Source: Deltaproteobacteria bacterium
Lineage (GTDB): Bacteria; Desulfobacterota; Dissulfuribacteria; Dissulfuribacterales; JALVPX01
Length of the DNA: 61,837 nucleotides
Direction: 5' to 3'
Assembly (NCBI GenBank): GCA_027023445.1
Contig: JALVVK010000015.1
Location: forward strand, 1-61,837
This document shows positions 20,544 to 30,763 of this stretch, in pieces (position 1 is the first letter of the stretch; the number at the start of each line of letters is the position of its first letter). A program made the position numbers and the translations under genes. The notes under the pieces were generated by a model. It was not told where the DNA came from, did no database searches, and saw nothing but the letters and a program-made list of their open reading frames with translations.

Positions 20544-20978
20544 ATGGGCCTTGTCCATATCCACAGGCAAAAAGATATAATATTGGTAAGTGCCTGTCTG
20601 CTGGGCATGTCCTGCAGGTACGATGGTAAAAGCAAGCCCTCGTCCGCACTCTCTGAACTTGCCGGAGGAGCATGCATGGTCCCTGTATGTCCGGAGCAGC
20701 TTGGAGGACTTCCCACTCCGCGTCCTGCCGCTGAAATATTTCAGGGAAATGGGGTGGACGTGCTTGAGGGAAGATCCCGGGTGTTAACAGTTGAGGAAGG
20801 AATTGACGTGACGGAATGTTTCCTTAAGGGTGCTCGGGAAACACTTTTATGCGCGCGTGCTGTGAAGGCCACGCGCTGCATTCTCAAATCCGGAAGCCCG
20901 TCCTGCGGGTTAGACCCCAGGCCGGGCGTCACTGCCGCACTACTTGTCTCAAAGGGTTTGGATGTATTGGCAATATAG
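20544..20978 (+). CDS. DUF523 (2-thiouracil desulfurase-like) protein
   Basis: LVSACLLG..CRYDG, PVCPEQLGGLPTPR and LKSGSPSCG motifs. Confidence 0.9.
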   Translation: MGLVHIHRQKDIILVSACLLGMSCRYDGKSKPSSALSELAGGACMVPVCPEQLGGLPTPRPAAEIFQGNGVDVLEGRSRVLTVEEGIDVTECFLKGARETLLCARAVKATRCILKSGSPSCGLDPRPGVTAALLVSKGLDVLAI

Positions 20979-20998
20979 CGCCGGCAGGCGACTCAGCG

Positions 20999-21286
20999 TT
21001 ACTGGCCTACCTTGTTCTTGACTCTTTCCCTGAGCCCCTTTCCAACCTTAAAGAAAGGAAGCCTTTTGGGCTTAACCGATATTTTTTCTCCGGTTTTAGG
21101 GTTTCTTCCCGTGTAGGATCCATATTCACGGATACTGAAACTGCCAAATCCCCTGATCTCCACACCTTCACCATTGATCAGGCTTTCTGTCATGGCGGAA
21201 AAGACCTCTTTCACCACCTGCTCTGCCACATTGCGATGCAGACCGGTTTCCTGGGCCAGAGCCTCTATCAACTCAGATTTATTCAC
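20999..21286 (-). CDS. ihfB: IHF-beta/HU family DNA-binding protein
   Basis: MNKSELIE, VEIRGFGSF, GRNPKTGE and PFFKVGK.LRERV motifs. Confidence 0.85.
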   Translation of the reverse strand: MNKSELIEALAQETGLHRNVAEQVVKEVFSAMTESLINGEGVEIRGFGSFSIREYGSYTGRNPKTGEKISVKPKRLPFFKVGKGLRERVKNKVGQ

Positions 21287-21470
21287 AGGTTATCCCCTTC
21301 CTCTAATCTAAAATTTAGTCATTGTTCCTGGGAAGTTGCTAATTAATACAAGTAAGTTAATATCAGGTCAAGTGGCGCAGGGCAATGCTTGATTCTTTTT
21401 CTTCCGATCCAGGGTAAACAGCGCCTGCGGCCTTGCAAAAAATAATTTTTATGATGCTACAGGACTGAAC

Positions 21471-22598
21471 ATGCTTAAGAAATGGATAAAGCGACTGAAA
21501 GGGGACACGGAGATTCCCTCCGAAGTAACGGATCCGACCGCTCCAGATATGCAGACGGTCCATAGAACTGATGAAAATGTTGGGATAACGGGGCCAGAAG
21601 CTGAAGAACAAAATGAATTTACTGTAAAATCAGGAGAAAACACCTCGGAAGACAATGTTGTCCCTGAATCAGCTTCTTCTAAAAACGGGCTTTTCAGCCG
21701 CCTCAGGGAGCGGATGAGCAAGAGCCGCAGAGGATTTGTTCATCAGATGGACAGCCTTCTGCTTGGACGCAGGACGATCGACCCCGAACTTCTTGATGAA
21801 CTTGAAGAAATCCTGATTATGGCTGATATGGGCGTGGAGACCGTACAGAATATCTTTGAACAGATTCGCTCCGATGTCCGGCGCAATGAGCTGAAAGATC
21901 CCAAAGCACTAAGGCAGCGGCTGAAGGAATGCCTTCTCGAACGCCTGAGTATCCAGCCCCCTGACATGGACTTCCGGCAGAAGCCCTTTGTAATCCTGGT
22001 AGTAGGGGTTAACGGGGTGGGAAAAACGACTACAATAGCAAAACTTGCCCACAACCTCAAAAAACAGGGGAAGAGCGTTCTGCTGGTCGCGGCGGACACC
22101 TTCAGGGCCGCTGCCGTTGAACAGCTTGAGGCCTGGGGGCGGAGAATCGGCGCCCCTGTCATAAAACATGGAATGAACGCCGATCCGTCCGCTGTTGCCT
22201 ATGACGGTATGGAGGCCGCGGTAAAAAGAAATGTGGACGTGGTAATCGTGGACACTGCCGGCAGGTTGCACACCAAGGTCAACCTGATGGAGGAATTAAA
22301 GAAGATCCGCCGGGTCCTTGGCAAGAAGATACCCGGCGCGCCTCACGAGGTCCTCCTGATACTTGATGCCACCACCGGGCAGAACGCCATATCCCAGGCA
22401 AGACTCTTCAATGAAGCCGCCAGGATTACATCTATCGCCCTGACAAAGCTGGACGGAACGGCCAAGGGAGGAATCGCCGCAAGCATTACCAGTGAAATGA
22501 AGATACCCATCCGCTACATCGGTATAGGAGAAGGGATGGAAGACCTGCGCCCCTTTGACCCGGCCGAGTTTGTTGAAGCGTTGTTCTCCCGTGACTGA
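21471..22598 (+). CDS. ftsY: SRP receptor FtsY
   Basis: GVNGVGKTTTIAKLA, DTFRAAA, DTAGR and TKLDGTAKGG motifs. Confidence 0.97.
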   Translation: MLKKWIKRLKGDTEIPSEVTDPTAPDMQTVHRTDENVGITGPEAEEQNEFTVKSGENTSEDNVVPESASSKNGLFSRLRERMSKSRRGFVHQMDSLLLGRRTIDPELLDELEEILIMADMGVETVQNIFEQIRSDVRRNELKDPKALRQRLKECLLERLSIQPPDMDFRQKPFVILVVGVNGVGKTTTIAKLAHNLKKQGKSVLLVAADTFRAAAVEQLEAWGRRIGAPVIKHGMNADPSAVAYDGMEAAVKRNVDVVIVDTAGRLHTKVNLMEELKKIRRVLGKKIPGAPHEVLLILDATTGQNAISQARLFNEAARITSIALTKLDGTAKGGIAASITSEMKIPIRYIGIGEGMEDLRPFDPAEFVEALFSRD

Positions 22599-22621
22599 TC
22601 CGTGTCCAGACAGGGGTCCTG

Positions 22622-24136
22622 TCAGGAGACATACAGGTCCGGAACCCGTTTCAGCCTGTCAACGACTCTCTTTTTCCCTATTGCCACCAGCACATCAAAA
22701 AGGCCGGGCCCCACTGCCTGCCCGGTCACCGCGGTACGGATCCCATTTATGATTATCCCGGCCTTAACGCCTATTTCCCCGGCAAAGGCCCTTACCACCT
22801 CTTCTGTTGTCTCCAGGTTCCATGATTCAACGCCATCGAAACGGTCCGCAAGCTCTGGCAGCCAGGTCTTCAGATCAGGGTGTTTCAGTATATTTTTTTT
22901 CAACGCCTTTGGCTCATAAGGAAATTCCTCGAAAAAGTACGCCCTGCCAAGCTCGGCAAAATCCCTGATAGTGTGATACCTGCTTCTTATGAGGTCAAGG
23001 GTGCGGAGAAACCACTCCCTTTTGTCCGCGTCAAAAGACGGGTCCCACAGCCCCTGGCCTGTAAAATCCTCTCTGACATGGGCAGCGAGTTCCTCTATTG
23101 GCATGGTCCTGAGGTAATGGGCATTGATGGACAGTGCCTTTGGATCTGTAAAAAATTTCTGGTCGCCAGGACGGTAATTAAAAATCGAATTTGCCCTGCT
23201 TATTCCATCAAGGGAAAAGGCTTCAATGAGTTCGTCCCTGCTGAAAATTTCCCTGTCATCAGAGGTATGCCAGCCTAAAAGCACCAGGAAGTTCACAAGA
23301 GCCCAGGGCAGAAAGCCTCGTTCCCTGTAAAACTGCACTGCCACCACCTCGCCATGGGTCCGCTTTGAGATCTTCCGTTTCTGAAGATCCAGGGTCAGGG
23401 GCATGTGCGCGAAAACCGGAAGCTCAGCGCCAAGGGCCTTATATATCAAAATCTGCCTGGGCGTATTGGCCAGGCCGTCCTGCCCGCGTATAACGTGCGT
23501 AATACGGTCCTTAATATCGTCCACCGCGTTACAGAGCAGGTAAAGAGGGGCTCCACTGGAACGTACTATGACAAAATCCTCTATGTCTTTGAACCTTTTC
23601 TCCATGTTGCCGTACACGGCGTCCCGGAAAGACACGGAGCCTTCCCCGTCAGGCACCTTGAAGCGAATCACATAAGGAAGACCCTGGGCCTCCCTGGCAG
23701 CCACCTCCTCGGGAGAAAGATCCCTGCAGGTGCGGTCATACTGATAGGGTTTCTTCGCCTTGCGGGCCTCCTCTCGTTTCTGGTCCAGCTCCTCCTTTGT
23801 GCAGAAACACTTGTAGGCGTGCCCGGTCTCCAGAAGCCTCTGGGCCGCTTCCCTGTGAGCTTCAGCGTTTTTCGACTGGAAATAAGGACCCTCGTCCCAA
23901 TCAAGCCCCAACCAGGCAAGACCGTCAATAATGCCCTGGATCGATTCATCTGTTGAACGGTCCAGATCGGTATCCTCTATCCTCAAAATAAAGGTGCCCT
24001 GATGTTTCCTTGCGAAAAGCCAGTTATAGATAGCGGTTCTCGCGCCGCCTATATGCAGATATCCGGTAGGACTCGGAGCAAATCTTACCCTTACGCCTTT
24101 CTTATCTGAAACCTCTTTGCCGTTTCTCTCATTCAT
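22622..24136 (-). CDS. gltX: Glutamate--tRNA ligase
   Basis: RFAPSPTGYLHIGG, LRIEDTD, ITHVIRG and KISKR motifs. Confidence 0.95.
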   Translation of the reverse strand: MNERNGKEVSDKKGVRVRFAPSPTGYLHIGGARTAIYNWLFARKHQGTFILRIEDTDLDRSTDESIQGIIDGLAWLGLDWDEGPYFQSKNAEAHREAAQRLLETGHAYKCFCTKEELDQKREEARKAKKPYQYDRTCRDLSPEEVAAREAQGLPYVIRFKVPDGEGSVSFRDAVYGNMEKRFKDIEDFVIVRSSGAPLYLLCNAVDDIKDRITHVIRGQDGLANTPRQILIYKALGAELPVFAHMPLTLDLQKRKISKRTHGEVVAVQFYRERGFLPWALVNFLVLLGWHTSDDREIFSRDELIEAFSLDGISRANSIFNYRPGDQKFFTDPKALSINAHYLRTMPIEELAAHVREDFTGQGLWDPSFDADKREWFLRTLDLIRSRYHTIRDFAELGRAYFFEEFPYEPKALKKNILKHPDLKTWLPELADRFDGVESWNLETTEEVVRAFAGEIGVKAGIIINGIRTAVTGQAVGPGLFDVLVAIGKKRVVDRLKRVPDLYVS

Positions 24137-24172
24137 GGATTTTTCTCCTGTTGGACTAAACTCTTAAACAAA

Positions 24173-24292
24173 ATGGTGCTTAGCACCCCTGGGTATTAAA
24201 ATGTTAAATGGTAAATGTTGAATGGTAAGTTATGGTAACTTGTTACCTTAATATAACATTCAAAATTTACCATTTGACATTGTTCTTATGGA
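24173..24292. repeat. REP-like repeat, AATGTTA variant
   Basis: GGTGCTTAGCACC hairpin, AATGTTA-AATGGTA-AATGTTG-AATGGTA run and inverted TTACCAT-TTGACAT; aligns with 58952-59110. Confidence 0.8.
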
Positions 24293-24299
24293 TCACCGT

Positions 24300-24728
24300 T
24301 CAGGGTGATGTCATGCTGAACCAGAGGTCCCATGCTATGGCCGCCATGGAAAAAACAAAAATAACCGCGTAGTTCCACTGCTCCTTTGAAGCTGACAGGC
24401 TTGAAATAATATATTTTATCGCATCATAATCCTCCGGGCGGAGATTATTCCGGTCTTTCAACTTCTCCACAAGCCTGAGCTCCATGATAAGCCTTCTTCT
24501 TTTGCGTGTTATGTAGGAACGAAACATGAAAAACACCATATTCCCGCAGACTCCAATGTACCAGAAAAGCCGTATAAGCTCAGGCCGGTACGCCTTGGCC
24601 AGGAGGATCAGACGCAGGGAGATCGCACCACATAGCCCAACGCCAAAGGCAAACCAGGCCACCCATCGGGGAAGGGTGTGAGGAATATTTCTATGCCCGC
24701 TTAACGGGCAGGAGCGGATATCTGTCAT
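24300..24728 (-). CDS. Hypothetical membrane protein (about 3 TM segments)
   Basis: Three hydrophobic segments and a protein-like sequence; start uncertain. Confidence 0.7.
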   Translation of the reverse strand: MTDIRSCPLSGHRNIPHTLPRWVAWFAFGVGLCGAISLRLILLAKAYRPELIRLFWYIGVCGNMVFFMFRSYITRKRRRLIMELRLVEKLKDRNNLRPEDYDAIKYIISSLSASKEQWNYAVIFVFSMAAIAWDLWFSMTSP

Positions 24729-24959
24729 GGACGGGGATATTAACCGCACTACACAGGCACGGCAACACCCTGCAGCCGATTACCCCCTGGCCGCAGATCC
24801 GGAAGAGATAAAAAGGTGGGTGGAATATCTGGCGGGCAGGATCGGTCCGGGACCATGCTCAAACCCCGCCCTTCTGAAAAATATCCTGGCGACTGACAGA
24901 CGGTATATCAAGGGCCATATTGGAACTGTGCTGATACAATTTCAGCCAGCAGTCCTGCT

Positions 24960-26495
24960 TTACCCGGCCTTTGCCTGCTGCATTGCCGCCAGTATGAGCA
25001 GCTGGCGCAATGCGGCTGTCTTTTTCAGGTCCGCATCCGAAAACTCACGTCCTCCGATGCTCCGGTCCAGCAAAAAGCAGCCGATAGGCCGGTGCCCCAC
25101 CAGAAGCGGACACACACATATCTGGGTATCAGGAAAATTATTTTCACCTGGAGGAGTCCACCCCCCGGACACCTTTCCCCATGTTGTTATCACCTCCCTG
25201 CCTTCCCTGAGCGCCCGATCTATGGGAGAACCTGATACGGGAGACGCAAGTTTGAACTGCAGCCTGAATTCCCTGGCCTTGCGTCCTATGCCGTAACGCA
25301 CAATGAGTCTTGCCCGATCCCTTGTAAAAAGACACAGGAGAACCCTGTTCAGGCCAAGGCCCTTGTAAAGGGCTTCTGCCACCATAAGGTAAAGCTGGCT
25401 GAGAGAAAAATTTCCGGATGAAACAGCTTCCCCTACCTGATTCAGCAATTCCATATAAAGTTCATTATTTTTATCGCTGGAGACAGGACTGTATTTCCTC
25501 CCGGATGTGCTATCCTTCTGTTTATCTATTCCAGTGATCTCGTCAGGTTCCTCGGCCAGTTTTTCCGGGAAAAGCCGGAGAATTACCCTTTTTATGTCGG
25601 GGGAAAGCCTTCTTGTGTTGTGCAGCGCAGTTTTAAGGCACTGATTGATGCTATCGGCCTCGAGATAAAACCTCTCGGCGATTTCGCTTATTTTGCGTTC
25701 CATCTCAAGAGGACTGCCCCCTTTGTTAAAAGCCTTATCAACAAGGAAATAGGACAGGGAGATAAGCCTGCCCAGGTTTGTGGCTGGCGCGGGGCTTACC
25801 TCAGGGCCTTTCCCTTCAAGATAAGCGGATATGTTGGATGGCAATTTCCACAAATCCACAAGTTTTTCCCCGACAAGGCCAACTATGCGGCACACCGTTC
25901 CGGCATCCGCATCGTTGCCGTTTTTTTCCAACTGCTCAAGTTTTTTGTACAGATCCAGGTTATAAACAGCAATAACCACCCTGGCTACCTTGCTAAAAAA
26001 CGCGGCCAAAAAGGCCTCTTCCGTATCATTACTTCCTGTTATATTACGTATCTCCTTGACTAGGTGGGCGGTTACCAACACCTTGGCCATGAGGGCTACA
26101 GCGTCGTCCGATGCTGTATCTGAAAGCAATACGAGAATAGACATTTCCAGGGCGATTTCACGAATGGTGTCAAAACCAAGAAAAACGATTGCCTGGGTCA
26201 CAGTGGCAATTTCATGGCCGGTACGGTTGTAATAAAAGGCATTGACCACTTGCAGAACCTTGCTGGTGAGCCCCAGGTCCTCCAGGATGATTTCGGAGAG
26301 TTCCTGCACGGATATCTCGCTGTTGGGATCCAGATCAACAAGCCTTTTTATGGTGGTGGAAAGAGCCGGAAGTCCCCCCTCTTCCAGCATTATGGAAAGA
26401 ATATGCCGAACTTCCATCAAATCATGATCATGACCAAAAGATGACAATGGGACCTCCGCGTCAAGCACCTCTGCATTCATCCTTTGTTTCGGCAT
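24960..26495 (-). CDS. HDOD-domain signalling protein with a C-terminal GAF-like domain
   Basis: LPAL, ILEDLGLTSKVLQVVNAFYY, QAIVFLGFDTIR and LWKLP; C-terminal CPLLVGHRPIGCFLLDR...FSDAD. Confidence 0.85.
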   Translation of the reverse strand: MPKQRMNAEVLDAEVPLSSFGHDHDLMEVRHILSIMLEEGGLPALSTTIKRLVDLDPNSEISVQELSEIILEDLGLTSKVLQVVNAFYYNRTGHEIATVTQAIVFLGFDTIREIALEMSILVLLSDTASDDAVALMAKVLVTAHLVKEIRNITGSNDTEEAFLAAFFSKVARVVIAVYNLDLYKKLEQLEKNGNDADAGTVCRIVGLVGEKLVDLWKLPSNISAYLEGKGPEVSPAPATNLGRLISLSYFLVDKAFNKGGSPLEMERKISEIAERFYLEADSINQCLKTALHNTRRLSPDIKRVILRLFPEKLAEEPDEITGIDKQKDSTSGRKYSPVSSDKNNELYMELLNQVGEAVSSGNFSLSQLYLMVAEALYKGLGLNRVLLCLFTRDRARLIVRYGIGRKAREFRLQFKLASPVSGSPIDRALREGREVITTWGKVSGGWTPPGENNFPDTQICVCPLLVGHRPIGCFLLDRSIGGREFSDADLKKTAALRQLLILAAMQQAKAG

Positions 26496-26609
26496 TCATG
26501 GCAAAAATCCTTACGATACAAGGGGGTAAGTTTCTTTAATGCAACCAGGAACGGGACTTCCCGCTTTTTTATTTGTGTCCTTTGGGGTCCGGTCTATCCC
26601 TAATTATTT

Positions 26610-26718
26610 TACCGTGAAAATAGCTCATAGCTCATGGTTTAAGAAACAGTGACTATCACCTGTGAGCTATGAGTCAACTTTCATGCTCTGGGGTGCGAAG
26701 CACCACCTGGCATGAAAG
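26610..26718. repeat. REP-like repeat, AGCTCAT heptamer variant
   Basis: ACCGTGAAAAT-AGCTCAT-AGCTCAT...GTGAGCT-ATGAGTC...TTTCATGC..GGTGCGAAGCACC..GCATGAAA. Confidence 0.85.
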
Positions 26719-26809
26719 ACTGGTATATGAAATGGCCATTTGTCAAAGTTAAAGATTTGACCCCATGTCGTGGCTGGAAATTGACTACAGGTGAAGTTAT
26801 AGTACTTTT

Positions 26810-27847
26810 ATGAATTCAGCCATCGTCAACCTGCCTGCGGACCTCATAGAAACCTGGGAGCTGATCAATCAGCCGGGGGCGCTGCACACCGAAGATACCT
26901 GTGTCTTGCCAAACCAGGCTTTTTTGAACCTGTTCGGCTATATGCGCACAGAGGAGGTGGCAGGCAGGGCCATGGGGGATTTTATTTCTCCATGGTCTGC
27001 CGGAAGGGCCAGGCTCGGAATGCGTGAGGCCACCGGCCGGCTGAAAAACGCCTCCAGCATAGACATAGAGGTCACCACCCTGCCCCTGCTCTCAGAAGGA
27101 CGGACCCTGTATCAAAGCTTTATACGGGACATAACTGAACTCAAAACCTGGGAAGGCAAACTCCTTCAGGCGGAACGGCTCACCGCAATGGGAAAACTCG
27201 CGGGTGAGATCGCGCACGAAATCAACAATCCCCTTGGTGGAATCCTGCTTTATGCCAACCTGATAAAGGAGGATATACCGGGTGATTCCCAGATGGCGTC
27301 CAACCTTGAGAAGATCATCAAACTTGCTACAAGATGCAGGATTATAGCCAAAGGGCTCCTTAATTTTGGCAGGTCTTCATCAAAAACCTTTGTTCCCGTG
27401 GACCTGAACCAGGTCGTCCAGGAGATGTTCCACCTTGTGGCGGACCATAAACTCTTCAGGGATGTGCAGACCCATATCCAACTTGCCCAGGACCTTCCGC
27501 TGCTCATGGGCGACAAGGGCCAGGTCGAACAGGTGGTGCTCAATCTCATTATAAACGCGGTTGAGGCCATGAATGGGTCTGGCAGGCTTCATATAAGGAC
27601 CAGGGTTCTGACAAAAACAAATGAGTTGGAACTTATTGTGCGTGATACCGGCCCCGGCATACCGGACGAGGTCCTTCATAAGATATTTGAACCTTTTTTT
27701 ACCACCAAGCGTCCAGGCAGGGGTACAGGCCTTGGCCTTTCCATCACCCACGGCATAGTGCAGCGCCACGGCGGAAGGATCGGTGTCAAAGGTGGCCCTG
27801 GCAAGGGCGCCTGTTTCGAGGTAATTTTACCACTGAAAAACAGTTAG
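26810..27847 (+). CDS. Cytoplasmic sensor histidine kinase (PAS-like input, NtrB-type)
   Basis: AHEINNPL H-box, NLIINA, DTGPGI, IFEPFFTTK and GTGLGLSI motifs. Confidence 0.93.
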   Translation: MNSAIVNLPADLIETWELINQPGALHTEDTCVLPNQAFLNLFGYMRTEEVAGRAMGDFISPWSAGRARLGMREATGRLKNASSIDIEVTTLPLLSEGRTLYQSFIRDITELKTWEGKLLQAERLTAMGKLAGEIAHEINNPLGGILLYANLIKEDIPGDSQMASNLEKIIKLATRCRIIAKGLLNFGRSSSKTFVPVDLNQVVQEMFHLVADHKLFRDVQTHIQLAQDLPLLMGDKGQVEQVVLNLIINAVEAMNGSGRLHIRTRVLTKTNELELIVRDTGPGIPDEVLHKIFEPFFTTKRPGRGTGLGLSITHGIVQRHGGRIGVKGGPGKGACFEVILPLKNS

Positions 27848-27908
27848 CACGGGCAGGTGACACAGGCGGGAACTCGCTTTCATGCCTGCCACACACTGAG
27901 AAGATACC

Positions 27909-29258
27909 ATGAAGGCACGAATACTGATTGTTGATGACGATCCGGCGATAAATGACGGCTGCGGCCAGGTACTGACCAGACAGGGATACGAGGTCTCCCA
28001 GGCTGAATCCGGAAGCAGGGCATGGTCACTGGTGGATCAATACGACTTTGATCTGATTCTTCTTGACCTCAAACTTCCGGATATAAATGGATTGGACCTG
28101 CTCAGGCGCATCAGGTCAAGGGACACAATGGTGCCGGTGGTTATGATAACGGCTTACGGCACAGTACAAAACGCGGTTGAGGCCATGAGGATGGGAGCTG
28201 ATGATTTCCTGCCCAAACCCTTCGAGCCTGATGAGCTGCGTTTTGTTGTACAGCGCACGCTGAAAACCCGCCAACTGGCCCTGGAAAACATGTATCTCAG
28301 GGAAGAGCTGAAGAGACAGGAAGGCGACGTAAAAATAATCGGGAGAAGCAAGGCGCTAACCGAGCTTCTGGATCAGGTGGAAAGGGTCGCCTCCACGGAC
28401 AGCACCGTGCTCATAACAGGGGAAAGCGGGACAGGCAAAGGCCTTATTGCCCGCAGGATACACGAACTCAGCAGGCGAAGGGATAATCCCTTTGTTTCCG
28501 TGGACTGTTCCACCCTGGTTCCATCCCTGTTTGAAAGCGAGCTTTTCGGTCATGTCAAGGGCGCCTTTACCGGGGCCGACTCAAACAAGATAGGCAAATT
28601 CGAGCTTGCCAACGGCGGAAGCCTTTTCCTGGACGAAATCGCCAACATTAACCTGGAGTTGCAGGCCAAGCTGCTCAAGGCGGTAGAGGAAAAGGAAATT
28701 TCCAGGGTGGGGAGCCACAGGCTTACCAAGGTGGATGTACGCATAATCGCCGCCACGAACAAGGACCTTCGGGCGGAAATCCAGGCAGGGTCGTTCAGGG
28801 AAGACCTGTATTTCAGGTTAAACGTGGTGGCATTGAGGACTCCCCGCCTGAGGGACCGCATGGACGACCTGCCCTTGCTGGCCACCCACTTCCTGAAGCG
28901 GTTTGCCCTTCGTCACCACAGGCCAGGGCTTTACCTGACTTCCAGGGCCATTTCAGTACTGCAGCATTATCACTGGCCAGGCAATGTCAGGGAACTGGAA
29001 AACACAATGGAAAGGCTGGTCATCTTTGCCAAAGACACTGCCATTGACGAAGAAGACATAAAATCCGCGGGCGCCCAGTTCAGGGCAAAAAAGTCTGAAA
29101 CACACGATCTCGGGCTGGTCCGCCTGGAAGAGGTGGAGAAAAGACACATATTGAACGTATTGGAACATACAGGGGGCAACCGTTCTGAAACCGCATCCAT
29201 CCTTGGGATAGACAGGAAAACCCTTCGTTCCAGGCTCAAAAAATGGAACATGGAATAA
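27909..29258 (+). CDS. Sigma-54-dependent response regulator (NtrC family)
   Basis: Receiver domain, GESGTGK, ESELFGH.KGAFTGA, FLDEI, WPGNVREL and a Fis-type HTH. Confidence 0.95.
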   Translation: MKARILIVDDDPAINDGCGQVLTRQGYEVSQAESGSRAWSLVDQYDFDLILLDLKLPDINGLDLLRRIRSRDTMVPVVMITAYGTVQNAVEAMRMGADDFLPKPFEPDELRFVVQRTLKTRQLALENMYLREELKRQEGDVKIIGRSKALTELLDQVERVASTDSTVLITGESGTGKGLIARRIHELSRRRDNPFVSVDCSTLVPSLFESELFGHVKGAFTGADSNKIGKFELANGGSLFLDEIANINLELQAKLLKAVEEKEISRVGSHRLTKVDVRIIAATNKDLRAEIQAGSFREDLYFRLNVVALRTPRLRDRMDDLPLLATHFLKRFALRHHRPGLYLTSRAISVLQHYHWPGNVRELENTMERLVIFAKDTAIDEEDIKSAGAQFRAKKSETHDLGLVRLEEVEKRHILNVLEHTGGNRSETASILGIDRKTLRSRLKKWNME

Positions 29259-29277
29259 TTAAGGATAAGGGGCCTTG

Positions 29278-29910
29278 TCACCGGCAGGAAGACTCACCTT
29301 CACCTGATATCATTCGCATCACAGCGTCTTCAATGTCCTTTTCTGGCATGGATGCGTCTATCCGCCTTACAAAAGGATCCTTTAAGGCGGCAAAAATCCG
29401 GGATACCCTTTCCAGGTATTCCAGTTCCTCCATGTTGTTCAGATCCTGGCCGCGACCATGCCTGATCCTTCTGACCGCTTCCTCCGGAGACAATTCCATG
29501 ATAATTACCAGGTCCGGTATCGGGGCAAATGCCTCATTCGCCTTTCTTATTGCCTCAGGGTCCAGCCCCCTGGCCCCCTGGTACGCCATGGTGGAAAAGT
29601 AATATCTGTCGCAGATTATGACCTTCCCCTGCTCCTGCGCAGGCCTTATCGTCTCCCGCACGTGTTGCATCCGGTCCTTCATGAACAAATCCATCTCTTC
29701 CTCTGGACCGGGCCTTTGCGGAGACAGGAATCCCTGCCTTAATTTAAGCCCCCAGGGGCCATTGGTGGGCTCACAGGTAAAAATGGCAGGGACACCCATG
29801 TGAATCATCCTGTCACACAGATTCCTTGCCAGGGTGGTTTTCCCCGAGCCGTCTATGCCCTCTATAACGATTAACCGGCCCCTGCGGCCCGATTCTTCAG
29901 CACCGGCCAT
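29278..29910 (-). CDS. tmk: Thymidylate kinase
   Basis: IEGIDGSGKTT, DRYYFSTMAYQG and PDL motifs. Confidence 0.94.
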   Translation of the reverse strand: MAGAEESGRRGRLIVIEGIDGSGKTTLARNLCDRMIHMGVPAIFTCEPTNGPWGLKLRQGFLSPQRPGPEEEMDLFMKDRMQHVRETIRPAQEQGKVIICDRYYFSTMAYQGARGLDPEAIRKANEAFAPIPDLVIIMELSPEEAVRRIRHGRGQDLNNMEELEYLERVSRIFAALKDPFVRRIDASMPEKDIEDAVMRMISGEGESSCR

Positions 29911-29919
29911 AAACCTTTC

Positions 29920-30705
29920 CTACCTCCCGGTCCCCCGTGACGGCAAACGGTCCCTCATTAGCGCGTAGGTAACCCCGGCTCCGCCATCCCACGCAGGAGC
30001 GCTGGCAAAGGCAATGATACGCTTCCTGTAGGGGCCACGGGAAAGCCAGTCTACCACCAGACGCTTCAATACCGGCCTTCCACGTGAAGAAAGGCCCCTG
30101 CCATGTATAAAGGCGATACATCGCTTACCCTCCCGCAAGGCATTTGACACGAATTCCTCGCACGTCTCAAGGGCTGTGATGGAATCCATGCCGTGGAGAT
30201 CGCAATAGGCCTGAACGGCAAAGGCCCCTCGATGAAGTTTTCTGGCAAGAATTGTCCCCTCCCGGCTCCTGCTTCCTTCTACATATTCAGGGGTCTGACT
30301 GATATTGACCGGCCTTTCGCCCCTCACAAGGGCGTTCAGCTCCCGGAAGACCTCCCTGTCAGCGGCAGCAAGGGTCCCGGCAGACTGTTTGGAAACAGGG
30401 GACCCTGAACCTCGCCCCGGACGGTTGTTTGTTGATCCCTTCGCCCTGCCTCGCCTGTCAGACAGGGGGATTACCCCTTCCATGGCCTTTTCAAAAAGAC
30501 GCATTTCAAGTTCTTCAGGCCTGGCAGGGACCTTCGTACGGGCATCCGCCGCTGGTCTGGCAGACACATTCCCGGCATAAAGGTCACGGGGCCTGCCACG
30601 GCGTGCCATGGGAAGAATGTCCGAGAGTTTTTCAAAGGGACGTATGGTAAAATAATCCCTTTTTTTCCGGTTCTGTTTGCCCGCATAGGGATTCCTTTTT
30701 CGCAT
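29920..30705 (-). CDS. Smr/MutS2 domain protein
   Basis: DLHGM, IHGRGLSS, PVLK..V and DGGAG motifs. Confidence 0.9.
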   Translation of the reverse strand: MRKRNPYAGKQNRKKRDYFTIRPFEKLSDILPMARRGRPRDLYAGNVSARPAADARTKVPARPEELEMRLFEKAMEGVIPLSDRRGRAKGSTNNRPGRGSGSPVSKQSAGTLAAADREVFRELNALVRGERPVNISQTPEYVEGSRSREGTILARKLHRGAFAVQAYCDLHGMDSITALETCEEFVSNALREGKRCIAFIHGRGLSSRGRPVLKRLVVDWLSRGPYRKRIIAFASAPAWDGGAGVTYALMRDRLPSRGTGR

Positions 30706-30763
30706 ACCGGGTTATGGCGCCTCCATTCCGGGCCGTACGGCTCGATTGCCGGCCCCCTCAGCA

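Noticed and set aside
24198-24285. Heptamer runs as a CRISPR array or iterons
   Set aside because: Units are 7 nt, degenerate and inverted, with no unique spacers and no cas or rep genes
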